A stretch of DNA of 64,000 nucleotides from Callorhinchus milii. Its lineage: Eukaryota. Location of the stretch: the NCBI RefSeq assembly GCF_018977255.1, contig NW_024704742.1, positions 97,404,001-97,468,000 of the forward strand, read 5' to 3'. Positions 52,201 to 63,724 of this stretch are shown here, in pieces. A model generated the notes under the pieces. That model saw nothing but the letters and a program-made list of their open reading frames with translations. It made no database searches and was not told the origin of the DNA. Position 1 is the first letter of the stretch. Each line of letters starts with the position of its first letter. Position numbers and translations under genes: made by a program.

Positions 52201-55179
52201 CAATGAGGAAATCAATATAGAGGACAAGATTGATGTGGAAGCCAGTATCACGGATGAATTCAATGAGCAAGGCAAGATTCAGGAAGAATTTGATGAAAAA
52301 GCCAACATTGAAGATGAATTCAATATCAAGGACACAATTGATGAGAATGTTAGTATAGAAGATGAATTTAATGAACAAGCCAATATTCAGGAGAAAATCG
52401 ATGAGAAAGCTGATATCAAGGATGAATTCAATGAGGAAATCAATATAGAGGACAAGATTGATGTGGAAGCCAGTATCAAGGATGAATTCAGTGAACAAGG
52501 CAAGATTCAGGCGGAATTTGATGAAAAAGCCAACATTGAAGATGAATTCAATATCAAGGACACAATTGATGAGAATGTTAGTATAGAAGACGAATTTAAT
52601 GAACAAGCCAATATTCAGGAGAAAATCGATGAGAAAGCCAGCGTTGAGGATGAATTCAACAAGCGAGGCAATTTTCAAGCGAAAATCGATGACAAATCCA
52701 GTATTGACAATGAATTCAACAAGCAAAGCAAAATTCAGGAGGAAATCAATGAGAAAGCAAACATAGAGGACAAATTCAATGAGGGAATCAATATTGAGGA
52801 TACAATTGATGAGAATGCCAGTATAGTAGATGAATTTAATGAACAAGACAAGATTGAGGAAGAAATTGATGAGAAAAACAGTATCGAGGATGAATTTGAT
52901 GAGGAAATCAATATCCAAGGCAACATTGATGTAGAAACCAATATCGAAGATGAATTCAACAAGCAAGGCAAGGTTCAGTTGGATATTGATGAAAAAAACA
53001 ATCTAGAGGACAAATTCAATGATCAAGTTAATATCCAAGACAAAATCAGTGAGAAAACCAGGATTGGGGAAGAATTCAATGAGCAAATTAATACTCAGGA
53101 GGAAATTGATGAGAAAACCAGTGTCGAGGATGAGTTTAATGAGGATGGTAATATTCAGGAGGAAATCTATGAGATAGCCAGCATCGAGGATGAATTCAGG
53201 GAGGAAATCAATATTCAGGAGGAAATTGATGACAAAGCAAGTATTGAGGATGAATTCAACGAGCAAGGTAATATTCAGGAGAAAATCAATGAAAAAGCCA
53301 ACTTAGAGAATGAATTCAATGAGGAAATCAATATTCAGGAGGAAATTGATGACAAAGCAAGTATTGAGGATGAATTCAACGAGCAAGGTAATATTCAGGA
53401 GAAAATCAATGAAAAAGCCAACTTAGAGAATGAATTCAATGAGGAAATCAATATTCAGGAGGAAATTGATGAGAAAGCCAACATTGAGGATGAATTCAAT
53501 GAGGAATTCAATATCAAGGACACAATTAATGAGACATTAACTATTGAAGACAAATTCAATGATCAAGGCAAGATTCAGGAGGAAATCAATGAGAAAGCCA
53601 GTATTGGGGATGATTTCAAAGAGCAAGTTAATATTCAGGATAAAATTGGTAAGGTAGCCAGTATCGAGGACAAATCCAATGATCAAGTTAATATTCCGGA
53701 CGACATCTATGAGAAAACCTACCTAGAGGATGAAATCATTGAGGGAATCGATATCCAGGATGAAATCAATGAGAAAGCCAGCATCGAGGAAGAATTTGAC
53801 AAGCAAGGCAATATTCAGGAGGAAATGAATGAGAAAGCCAGTATCAAGGATGAATTCAGAGAAGAAATCAATAATCAGGAGGAAATTGAAGAGAGAACCA
53901 GTATCAAGCATGAATTCAACAAGCAAGGCAAGACTCAGGAAGAAATCAATGAGGAAGCCAGCATTGAGGATGAATTCAATGAGGAAATCAATATCGAGGA
54001 CACAATTGATGAAAATGCCAGTATAGAAGATGAATTTAATGAACAAGGCAAGATTCAAGAAGAAATTGATGAGAAAGCCAGTATTGAGGATGAATTCAAT
54101 GAGCAAGGCAATATCCAGGAAAATAATGATGAGAATGCCATTATAGAAGATGAATTCAACAAGCAGGGCAAGTTTCAGGAGGAAATCGATGAGAAAGCCA
54201 ACATAGAGAATGAATTCAATGAGGAAATCAATATCCAGGACAAAATTCATATGGAAGCGAGTATCAAGTATGAATTCAATGAGCATGGCAATATTCAGGA
54301 GAATATCAATGAGAAAGCCAGCATTGATGACAAATTCAATGGGCAAGTTAATATCCGGGAAGAAATTGATGAGAAAGCCAACATCCAGGAAGAATTCAAT
54401 GAGCAAATTAATATTCAGGAGGAAATTGATGAGGAAACCAGTGTCGAGGATGAGTTTAATGAGGAAGGTAATATTCAGGAGGAAATCTATGAGATAGCCA
54501 GCATCGAGGATGAATTCAGTGACGAAATCAATATTCAGGACGAAATTGATGACAAAGCCAGTATAGAAGACCAATTCAACGAACAAGACAATATCCAGGA
54601 AGAAACCAGTATGAAGAATGAATTCAATGAGGAAATTGATAAGAAAGACAGTTTCAAGGACAATTTTAATGAGAAGGCTCACAGTGAAGACAGATCAGAT
54701 AGAAAGTTTAATTCTAAGGATGAACTAGTTGAGAGAGCTAGTATTGAGGAAGGAGACACCCAAAGCTGGACAGTGCTAAATGCAAATGAGCCAGTTGACA
54801 TCTTGTCCGAAAGTAGTATAACAGAAACAAGTGGATCTGAATCAGAGCATTCAGTCAAAGAACTGGAAGCAATAAGTTCACTTGCTGATGGAAATGCTGC
54901 TGCAAATGAAACTGAAGAAACTAAGGATGTCCAAAATATGATACATGATGTATCTTTAGAAATGGAAAGCATGGTGTGGTCAAATGAGATGGTATCTATA
55001 GATGGATCTGAGAGGATTATGCCGGAGTTGCCAGTGAGGGAGGTCCACCTTTTATCTAACACTGTAGAAGGTGAAAAGATTCTTAACCTTTCGCTACCAG
55101 GTCTGACAGATACTTGTACTTCAACGGAACTACAAGAAATTAACTCAACTGAACTAAGACTTTCAACTGAAGATGTACG
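46226..55179 (+). CDS. PRUNE2: PRUNE2/BMCC1 giant internal coding exon (8,954 nt, about 2,984 codons; acidic, largely low-complexity region)
   Basis: Branch-like CTGAT (46202), pyrimidine tract, aacag| acceptor at 46225, and donor CG|gtaaga at 55179/55180. The reading frame is uninterrupted. PRUNE2 signature peptides are present: CCTLEECQNPCLQLEP, RTSSTEAVNGSAP, NVDLMSPDSGLATIRSNRSSKESSVFLSDDSP, KKVPPTPMNSLVEGSP, MDYIVV, QSWTVL, LSTEDV. Confidence 0.93.
51473..54750 (+). repeat. Coding tandem array: 30-nt/60-nt units (consensus roughly EEIDEKASIE-DEFNEQGNIQ) with higher-order 228-nt and 120-nt repeats
   Basis: 60-nt periodicity is directly visible (GAATTCAA in most units). 228-nt units start at 51707, 51935, 52163 and 52391. 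53221-53340 is identical to 53341-53460. Confidence 0.97.
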
Positions 55180-56271
55180 GTAAGATATTCATACTCCATT
55201 CAAATTCAACAGTTTCTCCCAGAATAGAAACTTATATTTATATCTGAATATGTTTCACTCTGGATAGTAATTGTTTTTCATGCTTACACATCTGACTAAA
55301 ATGTTATTCAGATCAGTTTTGCTGGGCAAAATGAGGGATCAATTAGAATCCGAGGGAACATTCCTTACCTTAGTGTACGAATGGAAAATGTCTGCTCATC
55401 AACAGGTGTAAAGAAACCAAAGATGGAATGAGCAACTCAAAACGAATGTAGAGTACTGTGTGGTTGGAATTGGGCTATCCTTGTTTCCTCAGCAGCAGAG
55501 TATGCAATCTATTCTGTTCACCAAAGTTAGCAGGATATTTGTTCCTCCAATGTTTTCTATAGCTGTGAACCTGACTGAGAGAGGATGACAGTGATGAGAG
55601 ACCAGAAGCATGAGATTTGAGGACAATGAGTAATAAGAGGGTGGTTTGGAGTAAATGTGGATTTGCAGTGTGGAAGAGAACTGCTTGCAGAAAGGTGGTA
55701 TTGAAGAATTGAAAAGCAAACACAATTTATTTCAAAAGTCGGCCAAATTTTAAGCAGATGTACAAGTTTAAAAGGCTGCAGTTCATGCTGTATGGCAGTA
55801 AGCAGCAGTAATTTCATGAAAGGCTTTGTACTAAGGTTTTATACTTTAACCTACTTAGTTTGTGTTTGAATATAAAAACTGATATGGGAAGCACATTATG
55901 CTATGGTGTTTTAGATTTCATGAGTACAGGCAGAAAGAAGTTACAAAACAGAAGTTACAATACTAACTGTAGAGTCGGTAAACGATGCAATTTTATAGGA
56001 TAGTTCCTTCCTATTGTGTGACTGGTGTTCTTGAGAGACTTTCTCTAGGTTTCTGAAGCAAATGTAGTCTGTCACTAGTATCTTGAACAGGCTATATGTA
56101 GACATGCTTAGTTTGCTAATTGGCCCGAGAATATTGAGGAGTGGTCTTGAGTGAAAGTAAAAGTAAAAGCTGACTAATCACCCAAATCTATAAGTTGTTT
56201 TAAGAAGTTTTAATAAATGCGACAGTAATTCCAGACCAAAGTGAAATTTTGTTGATATTAAATAATAAATA

Positions 56272-56474
56272 GATAGATAGATTTCTTATTGCAAAAGAGA
56301 TTAAGGGATATGGGGATAAGGCAGGTTAGGTTATTAGCTGGAGTTAGATTAGAAGATCAGCCATGATTGAAAGGCGGGGCAGGCTTGAAGCGCCGAATGG
56401 CCTATTCCTGCTCCTACATGTTATGTTATGTTATGTTATGTTATGTTATGTTATGTTATGTTATGTTATGTTAT
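56272..56474 (+). mobile_element. CR1 LINE 3' end with expanded (TTATG)n tail
   Basis: attaagggatatgggg...gatcagccatgattgaa...gaatggcctattcctgctcct, followed by about 11 TTATG units. A similar 3' end lies at 15295-15432. Confidence 0.75.
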
Positions 56475-57007
56475 AAACCACACACTCAAGTATAGAGAAA
56501 AGAAAGGAAACAAGAAGTACAGGAAATAAACTATACATTTACAGTATGCATGTCATCGTGAAACCATATCCTGCTCTTCTCCTGAGTTCTCGACTTTTGT
56601 TTGGGTATGACTGCATAATGTCCTAGACTGACTGCTCTCATAGCCACAAGAAAGATATCAAAAGTATGTATTTCTCATGGCTTATATCCAGCTGAGGAAT
56701 AATGACATGGACCATTATTGCTCTAAGGGAGGGCAAGGTGGGGGGGAGGGGCAGAGAAGCATCTAGTACACAGGTACATTCCCAGGTCTGATACACTAGG
56801 TTCAATTTTCATAGAAATACCCTGCCAAAAAGGTCAGGTTTTTAATTATTATTTTTGTTTGTTCTTGTGTTGGCAGTTCAGGAATGTTAAATTTTTTGAA
56901 TGTTCAGGAGCAGGCTCCTCTGGGATCCACACCAACCACGCAAGATTCGCTTCACACCGTCTATAAAGAAATAAAAGGCTTGCGAATTGAAGAATATACA
57001 AGGTTAG

Positions 57008-57349
57008 AGCTTAGTGGTTAGTCTTGCAAGCGACAGGACCTGGGTTCGATTTCCAGGCATTCCCAGCAAGTTTCCTTACTCCACACACCTCTGTTTACCT
57101 AGCAGTAAGTAGGAACCTGGTTATTAGCCAATTAGCAGATGCTTTTCCGGGGGTAATAATTCCTTAAACAAAATGTGGTCACTCAATCCATGACTGTTTG
57201 TGGGACATTGCTGTGTGCTATTGACTGCTGCATTTTGCCCACAAAATATACAGTTACTACACTTTACAGTATATTCTGTGAAGCACTTTGAGACATTTCA
57301 AAGACATGATAAGATGGTTATCAAATGCAAGGATTATTATTTTATTATT
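57008..57349 (+). mobile_element. tRNA-derived SINE copy, long variant
   Basis: B box GGTTCGATTTCC, an extra central segment ctgtttacctagcagtaagtaggaacctgg, then the family body and tail. Confidence 0.85.
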
Positions 57350-57854
57350 AATATGTCAGGTTATTTAATGGGTTAATGTAAGACCAAGTTAACTTAAGTT
57401 GAATTGTCGTGTTACTGCACAAATGCAACAGAAAATGCCTCTGCACCTAAGCAATGTGTCAGTCATTTTATTTCTATGTTTTGTTCTTTAAGCTGTTGGC
57501 TAGAGGTAATAAAATCTCAAGGCATCATAAATAGGAATATAAAGCTTGGTTTTACTTTCAGTTCATAGTGCTGCTAAAGAGGAATTGTATGCACAATATC
57601 TACTTCCAACAAACATTTTTCATCCTCTATTTCACACTTTAAAAAAAGACCGTCAAAACTTTCATTTATAATTATAGTTGTGTAGCAAATTACATACATC
57701 TACAGACTTTTTAGATCAAAACATAGTCCTTTTTCCAAGAGATAAGGCGCAGCATCTCTGGAATTTGACGTTTGAAAATTCAGTTCTTCATGAGTCATGC
57801 AGCATTTACACTGTTGTGTACTATTGGCTTCATCAAAATGTCAGTTGTTGATTA

Positions 57855-58058
57855 TAATAATAATAATCCTATAATAATTTGATATAGCGTTTTTCACGTC
57901 TTCTAGACGTCTCAAAGTGCTTCACAGAATATACTGTAAAGTGAATTGATTGTATATTTGTGGGCGAAATGCGGCAGCCAATTGCGCACAGCAGTGTCCC
58001 ACAAACAGTCAGGGATTGAAGTGACCAATTTATTATTGGTTTTTTTTCTTGAGGGATT
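57855..58058 (-). mobile_element. 5'-truncated SINE copy
   Basis: Family tail and body on the minus strand. Confidence 0.85.
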
Positions 58059-58131
58059 CCAAGCTATAGGTCATGTGGTGTCCGTAGGTGCGATTTTGCA
58101 CATACAGACACCACATGACCTGTAGCTTGGA
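58058..58131. repeat. 34-bp near-perfect inverted repeat with 6-nt loop
   Basis: TCCAAGCTATAGGTCATGTGGTGTCCGTAGGTGC-gatttt-GCACATACAGACACCACATGACCTGTAGCTTGGA, with three non-Watson-Crick positions. Confidence 0.95.
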
Positions 58132-58593
58132 GCCTGTATGATATTGCGCAGAAAGAAACATACAGAATCAAGAGAGCAGATTTTCATCCCCAAGTTGCTA
58201 CTACCCCAAAAGCGTTAGGTTTCAGTGGAAATGTTAATATTTCAATGGAGCATATAAAGCATAACATTTCCAAAAAGGGTAGCAACTAAATGAAATTTCC
58301 AAGCACAAAAATTGTGTCTTCAATCAAACCCGTAACTCCGAAGGTGCAGTTTAGCAAGTCTTTGCGTAACTTTGGTTTCAAAGTGAATAACATTGAATTA
58401 GCAAGCTTTTTTTTAGGTATAAATGAATGCATTTCTGTATTCTCTGCAGATACAACAGCACAACAGCTGAGTACTTACTCTTCCGAGCATTCCGACTTGA
58501 TCTAAAGCAGTTGTCAAGGCCCATTGTTGTAACTGCAGAATTAATTTGGTCCCTGGTCAGGATTCTCTTGGAGCCAACTTGGTAGTGTTAAGA

Positions 58594-58730
58594 AAAAAAA
58601 GCCAAAGTACTGTAGATGCTGGAAATCTGGTATAAACACAGAATTTGCTGGGAACACGCAGCAACTCAAGCAGGATCCATGGGGAGAGAAAAATTTGTTA
58701 ACGTTCCAGGTCTATAACCTTTCATCAGTT
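58594..58730 (-). mobile_element. 137-bp Penelope-like terminal-repeat insertion with a hammerhead-like core and 15-bp TSD
   Basis: Flanked by identical TTGGTAGTGTTAAGA (58579-58593 and 58731-58745). The minus strand starts aaCTGATGA-A-AGGT-TATAG-ACCT-GGAAC-GTT and ends in a T-run. Confidence 0.72.
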
Positions 58731-59439
58731 TTGGTAGTGTTAAGATTGTTTATGGGGCTGCTGAAAATTAGCTGCTGTGTTCACTTACATAATACACAGT
58801 CACTACACGTTACAGTAAATCCTGCAAAGCGTTTTGGGGCATCCTCCTGATGTGAAGGGCACTATATCAAATGCAATGATTATTATTATTGTAAGATGAA
58901 CTTCTCAAGGGCACATATGTTGGTTCAGGGTCAGCAGAACCTGACACAAATATTATTCGGCATCATCTTGTTCCCCATTTATACTAAATAAATAAAGGGG
59001 TTTCATACAAAAAAGCAAGCGAGAAAAGACCCAGATTCAATTCCTCATCAGAGCGAAACAAAGGCACGTTTCCTTACTCCACATACCTGTTTACTTAGTA
59101 GTTGTTAGTCCGCCAGTAGACTGTTACACTGCCGTCTTATACCAACTGGCTTGCAATCAATTGCACAAATTTTACAAAGCTGGAAAGGAAGAGTGACCAA
59201 TGGGTTGAATGATAAACTACACAAAAGAAATGAAAACAGAGATTAGGGGAGGTTAATAGAGATAACTGGAAATGGATCACAGCAGCAAATCCAAAACATA
59301 ATATCAAAACATTCCTTCAATTTTATAATAATAAGTGTGTAAACAGGTTCTAGATCACTGCTGACATCACTTCCTGCTTTGTTGCATACACAGTAATTTG
59401 GAAGTGACATTGGTGGTGACTTAATCACAAGAATGGTTC

Positions 59440-59630
59440 AGTTGAAGAAGACCCTTCAGTCCATCAGATCTCATCCTTTAGAACACTCACCCTCCCATAC
59501 TCCCATCACAGCATCAAGCTCCTTTTTAAATGAGTTCAGTGTCCTGACCTCAACCACCTTTTCTAGCAACCAGTCCCAGTCATTAATTACCCTCCCACTA
59601 GACAAAAAACTTCCTTGTATCTGTTCTAAA
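59440..59630 (-). mobile_element. CR1-clade LINE 3' fragment
   Basis: Encodes GRVINDWDWLLEKVVEVRTLNSFKKELD, typical of the CR1 ORF2 C-terminus. A similar + strand piece lies at 62110-62300 (FFTHRVNNNWNRLPGRVVEA). Confidence 0.7.
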
Positions 59631-59960
59631 ATTGCGAGAGAAGGGGAAGTTGCGTGACCAGCATCTGGGTGGGGAGGGGGTCGAGGCAGCAGGTGGTGAA
59701 CTTCATACGTGTGCTTGTGGTTGAGAGGGAGGAGGGAGAAATGGGGGGCAAAGGAGTAGGGAGTGGCAGGAGCCATGGTGGAGAGAGAAGGCGGTGTGGA
59801 TCATCTGGGTGAGGTGGAAGGCGACATGGGGGGAATGGACGATGCAGCCAAGCAGATGTTTTCAATCTTTGAGGCTAAGAAGTCTTGGACCTCTTTGCAC
59901 TTGGTGTTTGATGTGAGGATAGAGGGAGCTTGAGGGGGTGCACAGAGAAGGTGATGGACA
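59630..59960 (-). mobile_element. L2 internal fragment
   Basis: Encodes MKFTTCCLDPLPTQML and is similar to 11780-12070 of the long L2. Confidence 0.75.
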
Positions 59961-62900
59961 GTGAAAAATCTAATAATAGTTGCAGATCTGATCAGAAATG
60001 AGAACCAAACTGTTTTAAATGAACTGTTGCCTACAACCTCAAGCACAATTGCCCAATTTTAATGTTGGATTACAATTTGGCAATTTCGCTGAAAGAGCCT
60101 TGAACGGTATAAAAAGCAAATATTCAACTGGTTTATAGGGATTGTTGATTTTAGACAAGCTAAGTCAGCACTGCTTTAAGGCTGTGTAGCAAAAGGGTTA
60201 CATTGCAAAATAATTTGGTAATATTTACAAACAGGATGGAAACTGCTATTTCGAGCCATCTCAGTTGGACCAAAAGTTCAGTTAGGGAGGGTATTCTTTG
60301 AAAGTTGCTAGTGTATGCAAAGCAATAATGCAATCCCTTGAAACCTTTTGTTACCACTAGCAAATCCCATCTCTCTGGCTGACGACGGCTCAAATTAACA
60401 TTTCCCACTATGTTTAATAATAATAATAATCCTTGCATTTGATATAGCACCTTATCACCTCTTCGACACGTCTCACAGCGCTTCACAGAATATTCTGTAA
60501 AGTGAATTGACTGTATTTTGTGGGCGCTTTGAGATGTCTGAACGACATTTTGCAAAGGATACAAATAAATCACATTTCGTGTTACCTGACCAAAATGTAC
60601 TTGATACCACTGAATGCACAATGGAAATATAATGTGCTGCTGGAGGCGAGTGCAATAAAAGCAAATCTCTGGTGATTTTGACATGGTGGTTGCTGAAAGT
60701 CTTGCAGGAATTATATAGTGGTATTCATAGACGTCTCACAGAATTCCCATAGCCTGACATATGTTCTAACAACCCTGATTTGACAAATGATGGCTTACCC
60801 TATATTTAAATCTGTGCACACCAATGATGTATTTCTAGACCATGCACTGAAATTTAAAAAGTGCTCTTACAGCATCGCCCAACATTTCTCCAGGGAATTT
60901 CCTATACATGAAGGTAGAGTTGCAAGATTTTGGCTCTGATGAGATCACGAGCCTGAGCTGAAGTGTTGTGACTCTAGGTGCCTTACACAGAATTTCCAGA
61001 AGAAATCAATGCTTATGTTACTAGTGTTTTTGCCACTGTGTAAGGCTTAATTTAATGCTGTGACCTTGCTGTGAAGTAAGAACTGACACAAATGTTGTGC
61101 AATTAATCAAGGTTTATTAATTCAGATTAATAATGGTTATAAGTAATTAAAAGAATACATCCAATTATGCTTACGTATCTACCTATACTGTAGTCCACAA
61201 CGATTTAATTTGATCAAACCCAATACTGCAGGAGAGATAGAGAAGCAATGTCCAATGTAATGTCCATTTTAATCCAATTAGATGTCCATCAAAAGACATC
61301 CAAGTATTGTTGTATGATTCCCACTTCGACATCATCGAATCCAGGTATCCAGGTATTTTTGTACGGTTAGTGTTTAAATCGTAGTCTTGATTTTCTTTCT
61401 TTAGAAACTGGAATATGGTTTGCGACTCATTCGAATTTCTTCCTTCTCTCTTCTCTATCGAATTGATCTCTGTTTATACCATTGATTAGGTGACCTTTCA
61501 CCTATTGTCTTTTGCAAGATGTAAAAACATCTTTGTAAAAACAAATGCAATATAGCTGTTTCTCCAGCTGCAGACCATTTGTCCATGAGAAAATGACTGA
61601 TAAGGAATCAAAACAGTTTGTTGTTTATGAACAGTCTTTTGTTTCTCTTCTTTGAGAAAGGATCTTCTTCGAAGCTAGTCACAACCAACTCCCTTCATAT
61701 GAGATTGATCATATGTTTCAAATATATTAACATTGCAAATATAAATTGAAATATTATTTAACACATTAATTTCAGAGTATTACAAGTGGACATACAGCAG
61801 TGTTACGAATTGAATACTTTTTAAGCGCTGCTATCTCTTCTGTCTCTCTATGTGTCTCTCTCTTCATCCATTTATTTCATATGCAAAATATATAATAAAT
61901 TCACTTTACAATATAAGTGTTATTATTATTAATAGTATTATTATTATCCTTGACTCACAGTTTATTTCTCACATAGTCCAGAACATTCCCTATAATCAAT
62001 ACAGATATGATCAAAAGTAAGAAAGCAGTAGCTTTGGTATTTTATTTTTGATGCACGAACTGCAGAAAAAGAGAACACCGATTTAAATTTGCAAAGCACA
62101 ATTTTAGGTTGGACACCAATAAGTATTTCTTTACCCACAGGGTGAATAACAATTGGAACAGGTTACCAGGAAGGGTGGTTGAGGCCAGAGGCTGGACCCA
62201 TTGAAAAAAGGGTGTGGGCTGTAATTTGAGGATGATAAGATTAGTTTTCTGAAAGGATTATTCAAATATACATAAGGACCTTCTTCATCCAAACATCTTT
62301 GGGGCTCTTGCTTTCAAAGCAAATCTTTTCAATTGATCTAGAATTGATCTAGGTTTAGCTGCATCAACTTGTCTGTTCCTTCATAATTATGGAAATTTGA
62401 CTCAAGCAGAGTTTGGTGAGAATTCCCTCTTGTGGTTAAATTCGTGACTTTGACCAATGGTGTCGAAAAACAAAAATTCACAATCTACGGTCGTAAACAT
62501 CAATATAGAATTCCAACTAGTGATACCTGCCAATAATCAGATATGAGATACTCAGACATGCAGGAACTCCACTCCAATTGAAAGAAAGATGCTTTTGAAA
62601 ATCCAAGTCACAAATACTGCATTTTAAGCACTCAACTTCAAAGTTAATAAATGGTAATAAGGGACATTTACCCCCTTCGTTCAGTCAGAATATCTACTCA
62701 GCCATACCTCTCCAGTGTAATCCAAAAATGGACTGAGGTATTCCCTGGATGGTTTAAAACAATATCAGATGATTTTCTTTGCAAACTTCCGCAAAACGCT
62801 ACAGTATTCCTATTATAAGAATTTGTAGAATATTGATGCTCTTGCATTTCTTAGCATAGTTTATCATCTCAGAGGCAAGTATTCCAAAATATAAGATCCT

Positions 62901-63724
62901 TGATACCACAATAAATATAGTGCCCTTCGCAAAGGATAACATCTTGGAGCGCTTCACAAAGATGGAGTGGGACACCGAGCAAGGAAAGAAGTGGGAGGAG
63001 GAGATGGCAAAAGGGAGGTAACTTTAGGCACAATCAAAGGGGTAAGTTTTTAGTTAGAATTTAAAGACTGATAGAGAGAAGGCCTGAGTTGGAAGGATAC
63101 ATCAAGGGAGTTCCAGAGGATGGTATAGTTGCTGAATGCTGCGCGATTAAGTTGAAATTCCTTTATTTTCACAATACATTGAAGTGCATCACGGCTTTCC
63201 GTTCTTCAAACTGCATGGAATTTTCATTCCTGTGACAAATGGACTGCGGACTTCATCTCTGTATGACAAGGACCTCTCATCAATGTGTGGTAGAGATGTC
63301 TTCCTTGATCAGCTAGCAAATCAGCTATTTTTTACTTTATGCTAAAATGAGATACCACAATTGCAAAAAGGCTTTTCTTTGAAGTAAGAGCCTTACGTTG
63401 ATTTTTAACTAAGCTCAGCATATGCTGCCACAAACATATTTACTGGCACAATGAATCAGCAGACTGGATATATCAACTAATTCCTTTACGTTCTTTACAC
63501 ATCAATGATAACTCTTCTCAATTCAGACAATAGATATTGAATACTACAAAATGCAAAGTGTGAATAAAGTTAGTAAAGTTCAAACAATGCTTTAATCCAC
63601 ACAGCAAAGGCATTCCCCTTTCAATCAAGCCCTTTCATAAGACTTTCTGACTCATCACAATCCTACCTTGGAGTGTGTGTTTAGAGTGAACTCAAGTCAG
63701 TCTCTGGTGGAAGCCGTACAGGCT

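Noticed and set aside
51473..54640. CRISPR-like regularly spaced array
   Set aside because: The units are contiguous, degenerate and in-frame coding, with no unique spacers or cas genes, and the DNA is vertebrate.
51473..54682. Long hydrophobic minus-strand ORFs (497, 87 and 319 aa) and the M/R/K/S-rich alternative-frame ORFs
   Set aside because: These are shadows of the GAR/GAY/AAY-rich coding repeat, whose complement rarely forms stops. There is no independent evidence of a membrane protein.
46151..55183. 3,010-aa ORF as a stand-alone intronless gene
   Set aside because: The TTG start and first 25 codons are intronic (acceptor at 46225), and the TAA stop lies inside the gtaaga donor. It is an internal exon.
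59036..59066. CTGATGAG plus GTTTCG on the minus strand as a hammerhead
   Set aside because: The boxes are in the wrong arrangement and the sequence is a decayed SINE head. Other CTGATGA hits (5925, 23246, 30818, 60936) lack a helix II-GAAA.
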